Positions 1-18,000 of a DNA stretch of 64,000 nt are shown here, piece by piece. Each line of letters begins with the position of its first letter. Positions within the stretch are counted from its first letter, which is position 1. The translations under genes and the position numbers were made by a program. Below the pieces are notes generated by a model, which worked only from the letters and a program-made list of their open reading frames with translations, ran no database searches and had not been told where the DNA came from. Source of the stretch: Eledone cirrhosa (lineage: Eukaryota); the NCBI GenBank assembly GCA_964016885.1, contig OZ024742.1:218240001-218304000 (forward strand). Direction: 5' to 3'.

Positions 1-3000
1 CCACTTCCCACACTACAACCACTACCACTTCCCACACTACAACCACTACCACTTCCAACACTACAACCACTACCACTTCCAACACTACAACCACTACCAC
101 TTCCCACACTACAACCACTACCACTTCCAACACTACAACCACTACCACCTCCAACACTACAACCACTACCACTTCCAACACTACAACCACTACGACTTCC
201 AACACTACAACCACTACCACCTCCAACACTACAACCACTACCACTTCCAACACTACAACCACTACCACTTCCAACACTACAACCACTACCACTTCCAGCA
301 CTACAACCACTACCACCTCCAACACTACAACCACTACCACTTCCAAAACTACAACCACTACGACTTCCAACACTACAACCACTACCACCTCCAACACTAC
401 AACCACTACCACTTCCAACACTACAACCACTACCACTTCCAACACTACAACCACTACCACTTCCAGCACTACAACCACTACCACCTCCAACACTACAACC
501 ACTACCACTTCCAACACTACAACCACTACCACCTCCAACACTACAACCACTACCACTTCCAACACTACAACCACTACCACTTCCAACACTACAACCACTA
601 AAACTTCCAACACTACAACCACTACCACCACCAACACTACAACCACTACCACTTCCAACACTACAACCACTACCACCTCCAACACTACAACTACCAATTC
701 CAACACTACAACCACTACCACTTCCAACACTACAACCACTACCACTTCCAACACTACAACCACTACCACTTCCAACACTTCAACCACTACCACTTCCAAC
801 ACTACCACCACTACCACCACCAACACTACCACCACTACCACTTCCAACACTACAACCACTACCACTTCCAACACTACAACCACTACCACCTCCAACACTT
901 CAACCACTACCACTTCCAACACTTCAACCACTACCACCTCCAACACTACAACCACTACCACTTCCAACACTACAACCACTACCACTTCCAACACTTCAAC
1001 CACTACCACTTCCAACACTACCACCACTACCACCACCAACACTACCACCACTACCACTTCCAACACTACAACCACTACCACTTCCAACACTACAACCACT
1101 ACCACCTCCAACACTTCAACCACTACCACTTCCAACACTTCAACCACTACCACCTCCAACACTACAACCACTACCACTTCCAACACTACAACCACTACCA
1201 CTTCCAAAACTACAACCACTACCACTTCCAACACTACATACAACCACTACCACCTCCAACACTTCAACCACTACCACTTCCAAAACTACAACGACTTCCA
1301 CCAACAACACTACCACCTCCACCAACACCACTGCCACTACCACTTCCACCAACACTACTACCACTACCACTTCCACCAACACCACTACCACTACCACCTA
1401 CACTACAGCCACTACCACCTCCACTAACACCACAAACACTACCTCCTCCACCAACACCACTACCACTACCACCTCCACTAACACCACAGCCATTACCACC
1501 TCCACCAACACCACAGCCACTACTATCTCTACCAACACCACTACCACTATCACCTCCACTAACACCAGAGCTACTACCATCTCCACCAACACTACAACCA
1601 CTACCACCTCCACCAACACCACAATCACTACCACCTCCACCAACACCACTACCACTAGCCACTTCCACCAACACCACAGCCACTACCACCTCCACCTACA
1701 CCACAACCACTACCACTTCCACCAACGCCACAACCACTACCATCTCCACCAACACTACAACCACTACCACCTCCACCAACACCACAATCACTACCAGCTC
1801 CACCAACACCACTACCACTACCACTACCATCTCCACCAACACTACAACCACTACCACCTCCACCAACACCACAACCACTACCATCTCCACCAATACCACA
1901 ACCACTACCACCTCCACCAACACTACAACCACTACCACCACCACCAATACCACTACCACTACCACTAACACCTCCACCAATACCACAACCACTACCACCT
2001 CCTGCAACACTACAACTACTACCACCCCCACCAACACCACAACCACCTCCACCAACACTACAAAAACTACCACTTCCAACACTACAACCACTACCACTTC
2101 CAACACTACAACCACTACCACCTCCAACACTACAACCACTACCACTTCCAACACTACAACCACTACCACCTCCAACACTACAACCACTACTACTTCCAAC
2201 ACTACAACCACTACCACTTCCAACACTACAACCACTACGACTTCCAACACTACATACAACCACTACCACTTCCAACACTACATACAACCACTACCACTTC
2301 CAACACTACAACCACTACCACTTCCAACACTACAACCACTACCACTTCCAACACTACATACAACCACTACCACTTCCAACACTACATACAACCACTACCA
2401 CTTCCAACACTACAACCACTACCACTTCCAACACTACAACCACTACCACTTCCAACACTACAACCACTACCACTTCCAACACTACAACCACTACCACCTC
2501 CAATACTACAACCACTACCACCTCCAACACTACAACCACTACCACCTCCAAAACTACAACCACTACCACCTCCAACACTACAACCACTACCACTTCCAAC
2601 ACTACAACCACTACCACTTCCAACACTACAACCACTACCACTTCCAACACTACAACCACTACCACTTCCAACACTACAACCACTACCACTTCCAACACTA
2701 CAACCACTACCACTTCCAACACTACAACCACTACCACCTCCAACACTACAACCACTACCACTTCCAACACTACAACCACTACCACTTCCAACACTACAAC
2801 CACTACCACCTCCAACACTACAACCACTACCACCTCCAACACTACAACCACTACCACTTCCAACACTACAACCACTACCACCTCCAACACTACAACCACT
2901 ACCACTTCCAACACTAAAACCACTACGACTTCCAACACTACAACCACTACCACCTCCAAAACTACAACCACTACGACTTCCAACACTACAACCACTACCA

Positions 3001-6000
3001 CTTCCCACACTACAACCACTACCACTTCCAACACTACAACCACTACCACTTCCAACACTACAACCACTACCACTTCCCACACTACAACCACTACCACTTC
3101 CAACACTACAACCACTACCACCTCCAACACTACAACCACTACCACTTCCAACACTACAACCACTACGACTTCCAACACTACAACCACTACCACCTCCAAC
3201 ACTACAACCACTACCACTTCCAACACTACAACCACTACCACTTCCAACACTACAACCACTACCACTTCCAGCACTACAACCACTACCACCTCCAACACTA
3301 CAACCACTACCACTTCCAAAACTACAACCACTACGACTTCCAACACTACAACCACTACCACCTCCAACACTACAACCACTACCACTTCCAACACTACAAC
3401 CACTACCACTTCCAACACTACAACCACTACCACTTCCAGCACTACAACCACTACCACCTCCAACACTACAACCACTACCACTTCCAACACTACAACCACT
3501 ACCACCTCCAACACTACAACCACTACCACTTCCAACACTACAACCACTACCACTTCCAACACTACAACCACTAAAACTTCCAACACTACAACCACTACCA
3601 CCACCAACACTACAACCACTACCACTTCCAACACTACAACCACTACCACCTCCAACACTACAACTACCAATTCCAACACTACAACCACTACCACTTCCAA
3701 CACTACAACCACTACCACTTCCAACACTACAACCACTACCACTTCCAACACTTCAACCACTACCACTTCCAACACTACCACCACTACCACCACCAACACT
3801 ACCACCACTACCACTTCCAACACTACAACCACTACCACTTCCAACACTACAACCACTACCACCTCCAACACTTCAACCACTACCACTTCCAACACTTCAA
3901 CCACTACCACCTCCAACACTACAACCACTACCACTTCCAACACTACAACCACTACCACTTCCAACACTTCAACCACTACCACTTCCAACACTACCACCAC
4001 TACCACCACCAACACTACCACCACTACCACTTCCAACACTACAACCACTACCACTTCCAACACTACAACCACTACCACCTCCAACACTTCAACCACTACC
4101 ACTTCCAACACTTCAACCACTACCACCTCCAACACTACAACCACTACCACTTCCAACACTACAACCACTACCACTTCCAAAACTACAACCACTACCACTT
4201 CCAACACTACATACAACCACTACCACCTCCAACACTTCAACCACTACCACTTCCAAAACTACAACGACTTCCACCAACAACACTACCACCTCCACCAACA
4301 CCACTGCCACTACCACTTCCACCAACACTACTACCACTACCACTTCCACCAACACCACTACCACTACCACCTACACTACAGCCACTACCACCTCCACTAA
4401 CACCACAAACACTACCTCCTCCACCAACACCACTACCACTACCACCTCCACTAACACCACAGCCATTACCACCTCCACCAACACCACAGCCACTACTATC
4501 TCTACCAACACCACTACCACTATCACCTCCACTAACACCAGAGCTACTACCATCTCCACCAACACTACAACCACTACCACCTCCAACACTACAACCACTA
4601 CCACTTCCAACACTACAACCACTACCACTTCCAACACTACAACCACTACCACCTCCAACACTACAACCACTACCACCTCCAACACTACAACCACTACCAC
4701 TTCCAACACTACAACCACTACCACCTCCAACACTACAACCACTACCACTTCCAACACTAAAACCACTACGACTTCCAACACTACAACCACTACCACCTCC
4801 AAAACTACAACCACTACGACTTCCAACACTACAACCACTACCACTTCCAACACTACAACCACTACCACTTCCCACACTACAACCACTACCACTTCCAACA
4901 CTACAACCACTACCACTTCCAACACTACAACCACTACCACTTCCCACACTACAACCACTACCACTTCCAACACTACAACCACTACCACCTCCAACACTAC
5001 AACCACTACCACTTCCAACACTACAACCACTACCACTTCCCACACTACAACCACTACCACTTCCAACACTACAACCACTACCACTTCCAACACTACAACC
5101 ACTACCACTTCCCACACTACAACCACTACCACTTCCAACACTACAACCACTACCACCTCCAACACTACAACCACTACCACTTCGCACACTACAACCACTA
5201 CCACTTCCCACACTACAACCACTACCACTTCCAACATTACAACCACTACCACTTCCAACACTACAACCACTACCAATTCCCACACTACAACCACTAACAC
5301 TTCCAACACTACAACCACTACCACCTCCAACACTACAACCACTACCACTTCCAACACTACAACCACTACGACTTCCAACACTACAACCACTACCACCTCC
5401 AACACTACAACCACTACCACTTCCAACACTACAACCACTACCACTTCCAACACTACAACCACTACCACTTCCAGCACTACAACCACTACCACCTCCAACA
5501 CTACAACCACTACCACTTCCAAAACTACAACCACTACGACTTCCAACACTACAACCACTACCACCTCCAACACTACAACCACTACCACTTCCAACACTAC
5601 AACCACTACCACTTCCAACACTACAACCACTACCACTTCCAGCACTACAACCACTACCACCTCCAACACTACAACCACTACCACTTCCAACACTACAACC
5701 ACTACCACCTCCAACACTACAACCACTACCACTTCCAACAGTACAACCACTACCACTTCCAACACTACAACCACTACAACTTCCAACACTACAACCACTA
5801 CCACCACCAACACTACAACCACTACCACTTCCAACACTACAAACACTACCAGCTCCAACACTACAACTACCAATTCCAACACTACAACCACTACCACTTC
5901 CAACACTACAACCACTACCACTTCCAACACTACAACCACTACCACTTCCAACACTTCAACCACTACCACTTCCAACACTACCACCACTACCACCACCAAC

Positions 6001-9000
6001 ACTACCACCACTACCACTTCCAACACTACAACCAATACCACTTCCAACACTACAACCACAACCACTTCCAGCACTACAACCACTACCACTTCCAACACTA
6101 CAACCACTACCACTTCCAGCACTACAACCACTACCACCTCCAACACTACAACCACTACCACTTCCAAAACTACAACCACTACGACTTCCAACACTACAAC
6201 CACTACCACCTCCAACACTACAACCACTACCACTTCCAACACTACAACCACTACCACTTCCAACACTACAACCACTACCACTTCCAGCACTACAACCACT
6301 ACCACATCCAACACTACAACCACTACCACTTCCAACACTACAACCACTACCACCTCCAACACTACAACCACTACCACTTCCAACACTACAACCACTACCA
6401 CTTCCAACACTACAACCACTACCACTTCCCACACTACAACCACTAACACTTCCAACACTACAACCACTACCACCTCCAACACTACAACCACTACCACTTC
6501 CAACACTACAACCACTACCACCTCCAAAACTACAACCACTACGACTTCCAACACTACAACCACTACCACTTCCAACACTACAACCACTACCACTTCCCAC
6601 ACTACAACCACTACCACTTCCAACACTACAACCACTACCACTTCCAACACTACAACCCCTACCACTTCCCACACTACAACCACTACCACTTCCAACACTA
6701 CAACCATTACCACCTCCAACACTACAACCACTATCACTTCCAACACTACAACCACTACCACTTCCCACACTACAACCACTACCACTTCCAACACTACAAC
6801 CACTACCACTTCCAACACTACAACCACTACCACTTCCCACACTACAACCACTACCACTTCCAACACTACAACCACTACCACCTCCAACACTACAACCAGT
6901 ACCACTTCCCACACTACAACCACTACCACTTCCCACACTACAACCACTACCACTTCCAACACTACAACCACTACCACTTCCAACACTACAACCACTACCA
7001 CTTCCCACACTACAACCACTAACACTTCCAACACTACAACCACTACCACCTCCAACACTACAACCACTACCACTTCCAACACTACAACCACTACCACTTC
7101 CAACACTACAACCACTACCACTTCCAGCACTACAACCACTACCACCTCCAACACTACAACCACTACCACTTCCAAAACTACAACCACTACGACTTCCAAC
7201 ACTACAACCACTACCACCTCCAACACTACAACCACTACCACTTCCAACACTACAACCACTACCACTTCCAACACTACAACCACTACCACTTCCAGCACTA
7301 CAACCACTACCACCTCCAACACTACAACCACTACCACTTCCAACACTACAACCACTACCACCTCCAACACTACAACCACTACCACTTCCAACACTACAAC
7401 CACTACCACTTCCAACACTACAACCACTACCACTTCCAACACTACATACAACCACTACCACTTCCAACACTACATACAACCACTACCACTTCCAACACTA
7501 CAACCACTACCACTTCCAACACTACAACCACTACCACTTCCAACACTACAACCACTACCACTTCCAACACTACAACCACTACCACCCCCAATACTACAAC
7601 TACTACCACCTCCAACACTACAACCACTACCACCTCCAACACTACAACCACTACCACCTCCAACACTACAACCACTACCACTTCCAACACTACAACCACT
7701 ACCACTTCCAACACTACAACCACTACCACTTCCAACACTACAACCACTACCACTTCCAACACTACAACCACTACCACCTCCAACACTACAACCACTACCA
7801 CTTCCAACACTACAACCACTACCACTTCCAACACTACAACCACTACCACCTCCAACACTACAACCACTACCACCTCCAACACTACAACCACTACCACTTC
7901 CAACACTACAACCACTACCACCTCCAACACTACAACCACTACCACTTCCAACACTACAACCACTACGACTTCCAACACTACAACCACTACCACCTCCAAA
8001 ACTACAACCACTACGACTTCCAACACTACAACCACTACCACTTCCAACACTACAACCACTACCACTTCCCACACTACAACCAATACCACTTCCAACACTA
8101 CAACCACTACCACCTCCAACACTACAACCACTACCACTTCCAACACTACAACCACTACCACCTCCAACACTACAACCACTACCACTTCCATCACTACAAC
8201 CACTACGACTTCCAACACTACAACCACTACCACCTCCAAAACTACAACCACTACGACTTCCAACACTACAACCACTACCACTTCCAACACTACAACCACT
8301 ACCACTTCCCACACTACAACCACTACCACTTCCAACACTACAACCACTACCACTTCCAACACTACAACCACTACCACCTCCAACACTACAACCACTACCA
8401 CTTCCAACACTACAACCACTACCACTTCCCACACTACAACCACTACCACTTCCAACACTACAACCACTACCACTTCCAACACTACAACCACTACCACTTC
8501 CCACACTACAACCACTACCACTTCCAACACTACAACCACTACCACCTCCAACACTACAACCACTACCACTTCCCACACTACAACCACTACCACTTCCCAC
8601 ACTACAACCACTACCACTTCCAACACTACAACCACTACCACTTCCAACACTACAACCACTACCACTTCCCACACTACAACCACTACGACTTCCAACACTA
8701 CAACCACTACCACCTCCAACACTACAACCACTACCACTTCCAACACTACAACCACTACCACTTCCAACACTACAACCACTACCACTTCCAGCACTACAAC
8801 CACTACCACCTCCAACACTACAACCATTACCACTTCCAAAACTACAACCACTACCACCTCCAACACTACAACCACTACCACTTCCAAAACTACAACCACT
8901 ACGACTTCCAACACTACAACCACTACCACCTCCAACACTACAACCACTACCACTTCCAACACTACAACCACTACCACTTCCAACACTACAACCACTACCA

Positions 9001-12000
9001 CTTCCAGCACTACAACCACTACCACCTCCAACACTACAACCACTACCACTTCCAACACTACAACCACTACCACCTCCAACACTACAACCACTACCACTTC
9101 CAACACTACAACCACTACCACTTCCAACACTACAACCACTACCACTTCCAACACTACAACCACTACCACCACCAACACTACAACCACTACCACTTCCAAC
9201 ACTACAACCACTACCACCTCCAACACTACAACTACCAATTCCAACACTACAACCACTACCACTTCCAACACTACAACCACTACCACTTCCAACACTACAA
9301 CCACTACCACTTCCAGCACTACAACCACTACCACTTCCAACACTACAACCACTACCACTTCCAGCACTACAACCACTACCACCTCCAACACTACAACCAC
9401 TACCACTTCCAAAACTACAACCACTACGACTTCCAACACTACAACCACTACCACCTCCAACACTACAACCACTACCACTTCCAACACTACAACCACTACC
9501 ACTTCCAACACTACAACCACTACCACTTCCAGCACTACAACCACTACCACATCCAACACTACAACCACTACCACTTCCAACACTACAACCACTACCACCT
9601 CCAACACTACAACCACTACCACTTCCAACACTACAACCACTACCACTTCCAACACTACAACCACTACCACTTCCCACACTACAACCACTAACACTTCCAA
9701 CACTACAACCACTACCACCTCCAACACTACAACCACTACCACTTCCAACACTACAACCACTACCACCTCCAAAACTACAACCACTACGACTTCCAACACT
9801 ACAACCACTACCACTTCCAACACTACAACCACTACCACTTCCCACACTACAACCACTACCACTTCCAACACTACAACCACTACCACTTCCAACACTACAA
9901 CCACTACCACTTCCCACACTACAACCACTACCACTTCCAACACTACAACCACTACCACCTCCAACACTACAACCACTACCACTTCCCACACTACAACCAC
10001 TACCACTTCCCACACTACAACCACTACCACTTCCAACACTACAACCACTACCACTTCCAACACTACAACCACTACCACTTCCCACACTACAACCACTACG
10101 ACTTCCAACACTACAACCACTACCACCTCCAACACTACAACCACTACCACTTCCAACACTACAACCACTACCACTTCCAACATTACAACCACTACCACTT
10201 CCAGCACTACAACCACTACCACCTCCAACACTACAACCACTACCACTTCCAACACTACAACCACTACCACCTCCAACACTACAACCACTACCACTTCCAA
10301 CACTACAACCACTACCACTTCCAACACTACAACCACTACCACTTCCAACACTACAACCACTACCACCTCCAACACTACAACCACTACCACTTCCAACACT
10401 ACAACCACTACCACTTCCAACACTACAACCACTACCACTTCCAGCACTACAATCACTACCACCTCCAACACTACAACCACTACCACTTCCAAAACTACAA
10501 CCACTACGACTTCCAACACTACAACCACTACCACCTCCAACACTACAACCACTACCACTTCCAACACTACAACCACTACCACTTCCAACACTACAACCAC
10601 TACCACTTCCAGCACTACAACCACTACCACCTCCAACACTACAACCACTACCACTTCCAACACTACAACCACTACCACCTCCAACACTACAACCACTACC
10701 ACTTCCAACACTACAACCACTACCACTTCCAAAACTACAACCACTACCACTTCCAACACTACAACCACTACCACCACCAACACTACAACCACTACCACTT
10801 CCAACACTACAACCACTACCACCTCCAACACTACAACTACCAATTCCAACACTACAACCACTACCACTTCCAACACTACAACCACTACCACTTCCAACAC
10901 TACAACCACTACCACTTCCAACACTACAACCACTACCACCTCCAACACTACAACCACTACCACTTCCAACACTACAACCACTACCACTTCCAACACTACA
11001 ACCACTACCACTTCCAGCACTACAACCACTACCACCTCCAACACTACAACCACTACCACTTCCAAAACTACAACCACTACGACTTCCAACACTACAACCA
11101 CTACCACCTCCAACACTACAACCACTACCACTTCCAACACTACAACCACTACCACTTCCAACACTACAACCACTACCACTTCCAGCACTACAACCACTAC
11201 CACCTCCAACACTACAACCACTACCACTTCCAACACTACAACCACTACCACCTCCAACACTACAACCACTACCACTTCCAACACTACAACCACTACCACT
11301 TCCAAAACTACAACCACTACCACTTCCAACACTACAACCACTACCACCACCAACACTACAACCACTACCACTTCCAACACTACAACCACTACCACCTCCA
11401 ACACTACAACTACCAATTCCAACACTACAACCACTACCACTTCCAACACTACAACCACTACCACTTCCAACACTACAACCACTACGACTTCCAACACTAC
11501 AACCACTACCACCTCCAACACTACCACCACTACCACCACCAACACTACCACCACTACCACTTCCAACACTACAACAACTACCACTTCCAACACTACAACC
11601 ACTACCACTTCCAGCACTACAACCACTACCACTTCCAACACTACAACCACTACCACTTCCAGCACTACAACCACTACCACCTCCAACACTACAACCACTA
11701 CCACTTCCAAAACTACAACCACTACGACTTCCAACACTACAACCACTACCACCTCCAACACTACAACCACTACCACTTCCAACACTACAACCACTACCAC
11801 TTCCAACACTACAACCACTACCACTTCGAGCACTACAACCACTACCACCTCCAACACTACAACCACTACCACTTCCAACACTACAACCACTACCACCTCC
11901 AACACTACAACCACTACCACTTCCAACACTACAACCACTACCACTTCCAACACTACAACCACTACCACTTCCAACACTACAACCACTACCACCACCAACA

Positions 12001-15000
12001 CTACAACCACTACCACTTCCAACACTACAACCACTACCACCTCCAACACTACAACTACAAATTCCAACACTACAACCACTACCACTTCCAACACTACAAC
12101 CACTACCACTTCCAACACTACAACCACTACCACTTCCAACACTTCAACCACTACCACTTCCAACACTACCACCACTACCACCACCAACACTACCACCACT
12201 ACCACTTCCCACACTACAACCACTACCACTTCCAACACTACAACCACTACCACCTCCAACACTACAACCACTACCACTTCCAACACTACAACCACTACCA
12301 CTTCCCACACTACAACCACTACCACTTCCAACACTACAACCACTACCACTTCCAACACTACAACCACTACCACTTCCCACACTACAACCACTACCACTTC
12401 CAACACTACAACCACTACCACCTCCAACACTACAACCACTACCACTTCCCACACTACAACCACTACCACTTCCCACACTACAACCACTACCACTTCCAAC
12501 ACTACAACCACTACCACTTCCAACACTACAACCACTACCACTTCCCACACTACAACCACTACGACTTCCAACACTACAACCACTACCACCTCCAACACTA
12601 CAACCACTACCACTTCCAACACTACAACCACTACCACTTCCAACACTACAACCACTACCACTTCCAGCACTACAACCACTACCACCTCCAACACTACAAC
12701 CACTACCACTTCCAAAACTACAACCACTACCACCTCCAACACTACAACCACTACCACTTCCAAAACTACAACCACTACGACTTCCAACACTACAACCACT
12801 ACCACCTCCAACACTACAACCACTACCACTTCCAACACTACAACCACTACCACTTCCAACACTACAACCACTACCACTTCCAGCACTACAACCACTACCA
12901 CCTCCAACACTACAACCACTACCACTTCCAACACTACAACCACTACCACCTCCAACACTACAACCACTACCACTTCCAACACTACAACCACTACCACTTC
13001 CAACACTACAACCACTACCACTTCCAACACTACAACCACTACCACCACCAACACTACAACCACTACCACTTCCAACACTACAACCACTACCACCTCCAAC
13101 ACTACAACTACCAATTCCAACACTACAACCACTACCACTTCCAACACTACAACCACTACCACTTCCAACACTACAACCACTACCACTTCCAGCACTACAA
13201 CCACTACCACCACCAACACTACAACCACTACCACTTCCAACACTACAACCACTACGACTTCCAACACTACAACCACTACCACCTCCAACACTACAACCAC
13301 TACCACTTCCAACACTACAACCACTACCACTTCCAACACTACAACCACTACCACTTCCAGCACTACAACCACTACCACATCCAACACTACAACCACTACC
13401 ACTTCCAACACTACAACCACTACCACCTCCAACACTACAACCACTACCACTTCCAACACTACAACCACTACCACTTCCAACACTACAACCACTACCACTT
13501 CCCACACTACAACCACTAACACTTCCAACACTACAACCACTACCACCTCCAACACTACAACCACTACCACTTCCAACACTACAACCACTACCACCTCCAA
13601 AACTACAACCACTACGACTTCCAACACTACAACCACTACCACTTCCAACACTACAACCACTACCACTTCCCACACTACAACCACTACCACTTCCAACACT
13701 ACAACCACTACCACTTCCAACACTACAACCACTACCACTTCCCACACTACAACCACTACCACTTCCAACACTACAACCACTACCACCTCCAACACTACAA
13801 CCACTACCACTTCCCACACTACAACCACTACCACTTCCCACACTACAACCACTACCACTTCCAACACTACAACCACTACCACTTCCAACACTACAACCAC
13901 TACCACTTCCCACACTACAACCACTACGACTTCCAACACTACAACCACTACCACCTCCAACACTACAACCACTACCACTTCCAACACTACAACCACTACC
14001 ACTTCCAACATTACAACCACTACCACTTCCAGCACTACAACCACTACCACCTCCAACACTACAACCACTACCACTTCCAACACTACAACCACTACCACCT
14101 CCAACACTACAACCACTACCACTTCCAACACTACAACCACTACCACTTCCAACACTACAACCACTACCACTTCCAACACTACAACCACTACCACCTCCAA
14201 CACTACAACCACTACCACTTCCAACACTACAACCACTACCACTTCCAACACTACAACCACTACCACTTCCAGCACTACAACCACTACCACCTCCAACACT
14301 ACAACCACTACCACTTCCAAAACTACAACCACTACGACTTCCAACACTACAACCACTACCACCTCCAACACTACAACCACTACCACTTCCAACACTACAA
14401 CCACTACCACTTCCAACACTACAACCACTACCACTTCCAGCACTACAACCACTACCACCTCCAACACTACAACCACTACCACTTCCAACACTACAACCAC
14501 TACCACCTCCAACACTACAACCACTACCACTTCCAACACTACAACCACTACCACTTCCAAAACTACAACCACTACCACTTCCAACACTACAACCACTACC
14601 ACCACCAACACTACAACCACTACCACTTCCAACACTACAACCACTACCACCTCCAACACTACAACTACCAATTCCAACACTACAACCACTACCACTTCCA
14701 ACACTACAACCACTACCACTTCCAACACTACAACCACTACCACTTCCAACACTTCAACCACTACCACTTCCAACACTACCACCACTACCACCACCAACAC
14801 TACCACCACTACCACTTCCAACACTACAACAACTACCACTTCCAACACTACAACCACTACCACTTCCAGCACTACAACCACTACCACTTCCAACACTACA
14901 ACCACTACCACTTCCAGCACTACAACCACTACCACCTCCAACACTACAACCACTACCACTTCCAAAACTACAACCACTACGACTTCCAACACTACAACCA

Positions 15001-18000
15001 CTACCACCTCCAACACTACAACCACTACCACTTCCAACACTACAACCACTACCACTTCCAACACTACAACCACTACCACTTCCAGCACTACAACCACTAC
15101 CACCTCCAACACTACAACCACTACCACTTCCAACACTACAACCACTACCACCTCCAACACTACAACCACTACCACTTCCAACACTACAACCACTACCACT
15201 TCCAACACTACAACCACTACCACTTCCAACACTACAACCACTACCACCACCAACACTACAACCACTACCACTTCCAACACTACAACCACTACCACCTCCA
15301 ACACTACAACTACAAATTCCAACACTACAACCACTACCACTTCCAACACTACAACCACTACCACTTCCAACACTACAACCACTACCACTTCCAACACTTC
15401 AACCACTACCACTTCCAACACTACCACCACTACCACCACCAACACTACCACCACTACCACTTCCAACACTACAACCACTACCACTTCCAACACTACAACC
15501 ACTACCACCTCCAACACTTCAACCACTACCACTTCCAACACTTCAACCACTACCACCTCCAACACTACAACTACTACCACTTCCAACACTACAACCACTA
15601 CCACTTCCAACACTTCAACCACTACCACTTCCAAAACTACAACCACTACCACTTCCAACACTACATACAACCACTACCACCTCCAACACTTCAACCACTA
15701 CCACTTCCAAAACTACAACGACTTCCACCAACAACACTACCACCTCCACCAACACCACTGCCACTAACACTTCCACCAACACCACTACCACTACCACTTC
15801 CACCAACACCACTACCACTACCACCTACACTACAGCCACTACCACCTCCACCAACACCACAAACACTACCTCCTCCACCAACACCAATACCACTACCACC
15901 TCCACTAACACCACAGCCATTACCACCTCCACCAACACCACAGCCACTACTATCTCTACCAACACCACTACCACTATCACCTCCACTAACACCACAGCTA
16001 CTACCATCTCCACCAACACTACAACCACTACCACCTCCACCAACACCACAATCACTACCACCTCCACCAACACCACTACCACTAGCCACTTCCACCAACA
16101 CCACAGCCACTACCACCTCCACCTACACCACAACAACTACCACTTCCACCAACGCCACAACCACTACCATCTCCACCAACACTACCACCACTACCACCTC
16201 CACCAACACCACAATCACTACCAGCTCCACCAACACCACTACCACTACCACTACCATCTCCACCAACACTACAACCACTACCACCTCCACCAACACCACA
16301 ACCACTACCACCTCCACCAACACTACAACCACTACCACCACCACCAATACCACTACCACTACCACTAACACCTCCACCAATACCACAACCACTGCCACCT
16401 CCTGCAACACTACAACTACTACCAACCCCACCAACACCACAACCACCTCCACCAACACTACAAAAACTACCACTTCCAACACTACAACCACTACCACTTC
16501 CAACACTACAACCACTACCACCTCCAAGACTACAACCACTACCACTTCCAACACTACAACCACTACCACCTCCAACACTACAACCACTACTACTTCCAAC
16601 ACTACAACCACTACCACTTCCAACACTACAACCACTACCACTTCCAACACTACATACAACCACTACCACTTCCAACACTACATACAACCACTACCACTTC
16701 CAACACTACAACCACTACCACTTCCAACACTACAACCACTACCACTTCCAACACTACATACAACCACTACCACTTCCAACACTACATACAACCACTACCA
16801 CTTCCAACACTACAACCACTACCACTTCCAACACTACCACCACTACCACTTCCAACACTACAACCACTACCACTTCCAACACTACAACCACTACCACCTC
16901 CAACACTTCAACCACTACCACTTCCAACACTTCAACCACTACCACCTCCAACATTACAACCACTACCACTTCCAACACTACAACCACTACCACTTCCAAC
17001 ACTTCAACCACTACCACTTCCAAAACTACAACCACTACCACTTCCAACACTACATACAACCACTACCACCTCCAACACTACAACCACTACCACCACCACC
17101 AATACCACTACCACTACCACTAACACCTCCACCAATACCACAACCACTGCCACCTCCTGCAACACTACAACTACTACCAACCCCACCAACACCACAACCA
17201 CCTCCACCAACACTACAAAAACTACCACTTCCAACACTACAACCACTACCACTTCCAACACTACAACCACTACCACCTCCAACACTACAACCACTACCAC
17301 TTCCAACACTACAACCACTACCACCTCCAACACTACAACCACTACTACTTCCAACACTACAACCACTACCACTTCCAACACTACAACCACTACCACTTCC
17401 AACACTACATACAACCACTACCACTTCCAACACTACATACAACCACTACCACTTCCAACACTACATACAACCACTACCACTTCCAACACTACAACCACTA
17501 CCACTTCCAACACTACAACCACTACCACTTCCAACACTACAACCACAACCACTTCCAACACTACAACCACTACCACCTCCAATACTACAACCACTACCAC
17601 CTCCAACACTACAACCACTACCACCTCCAACACTACAACCACTACCACCTCCAACACTACAACCACTACCACTTCCAACACTACAACCACTACCACTTCC
17701 AACACTACAACCACTACCACTTCCAACACTACAACCACTACCACATACAACACTACAACCACTACTACTTCCAACACTACAACCACTACCACTTCCAACA
17801 CTACAACCACTACCACTTCCAACACTACAACCACTACGACTTCCAACACTACAACCACTACCACTTCCAACACTACAACCACTACCACTTCCAGCACTAC
17901 AACCACTACCACCTCCAACACTACAACCACTACCACTTCCAACACTACAACCACTACGACTTCCAACACTACAACCACTACCACTTCCAACACTACAACC

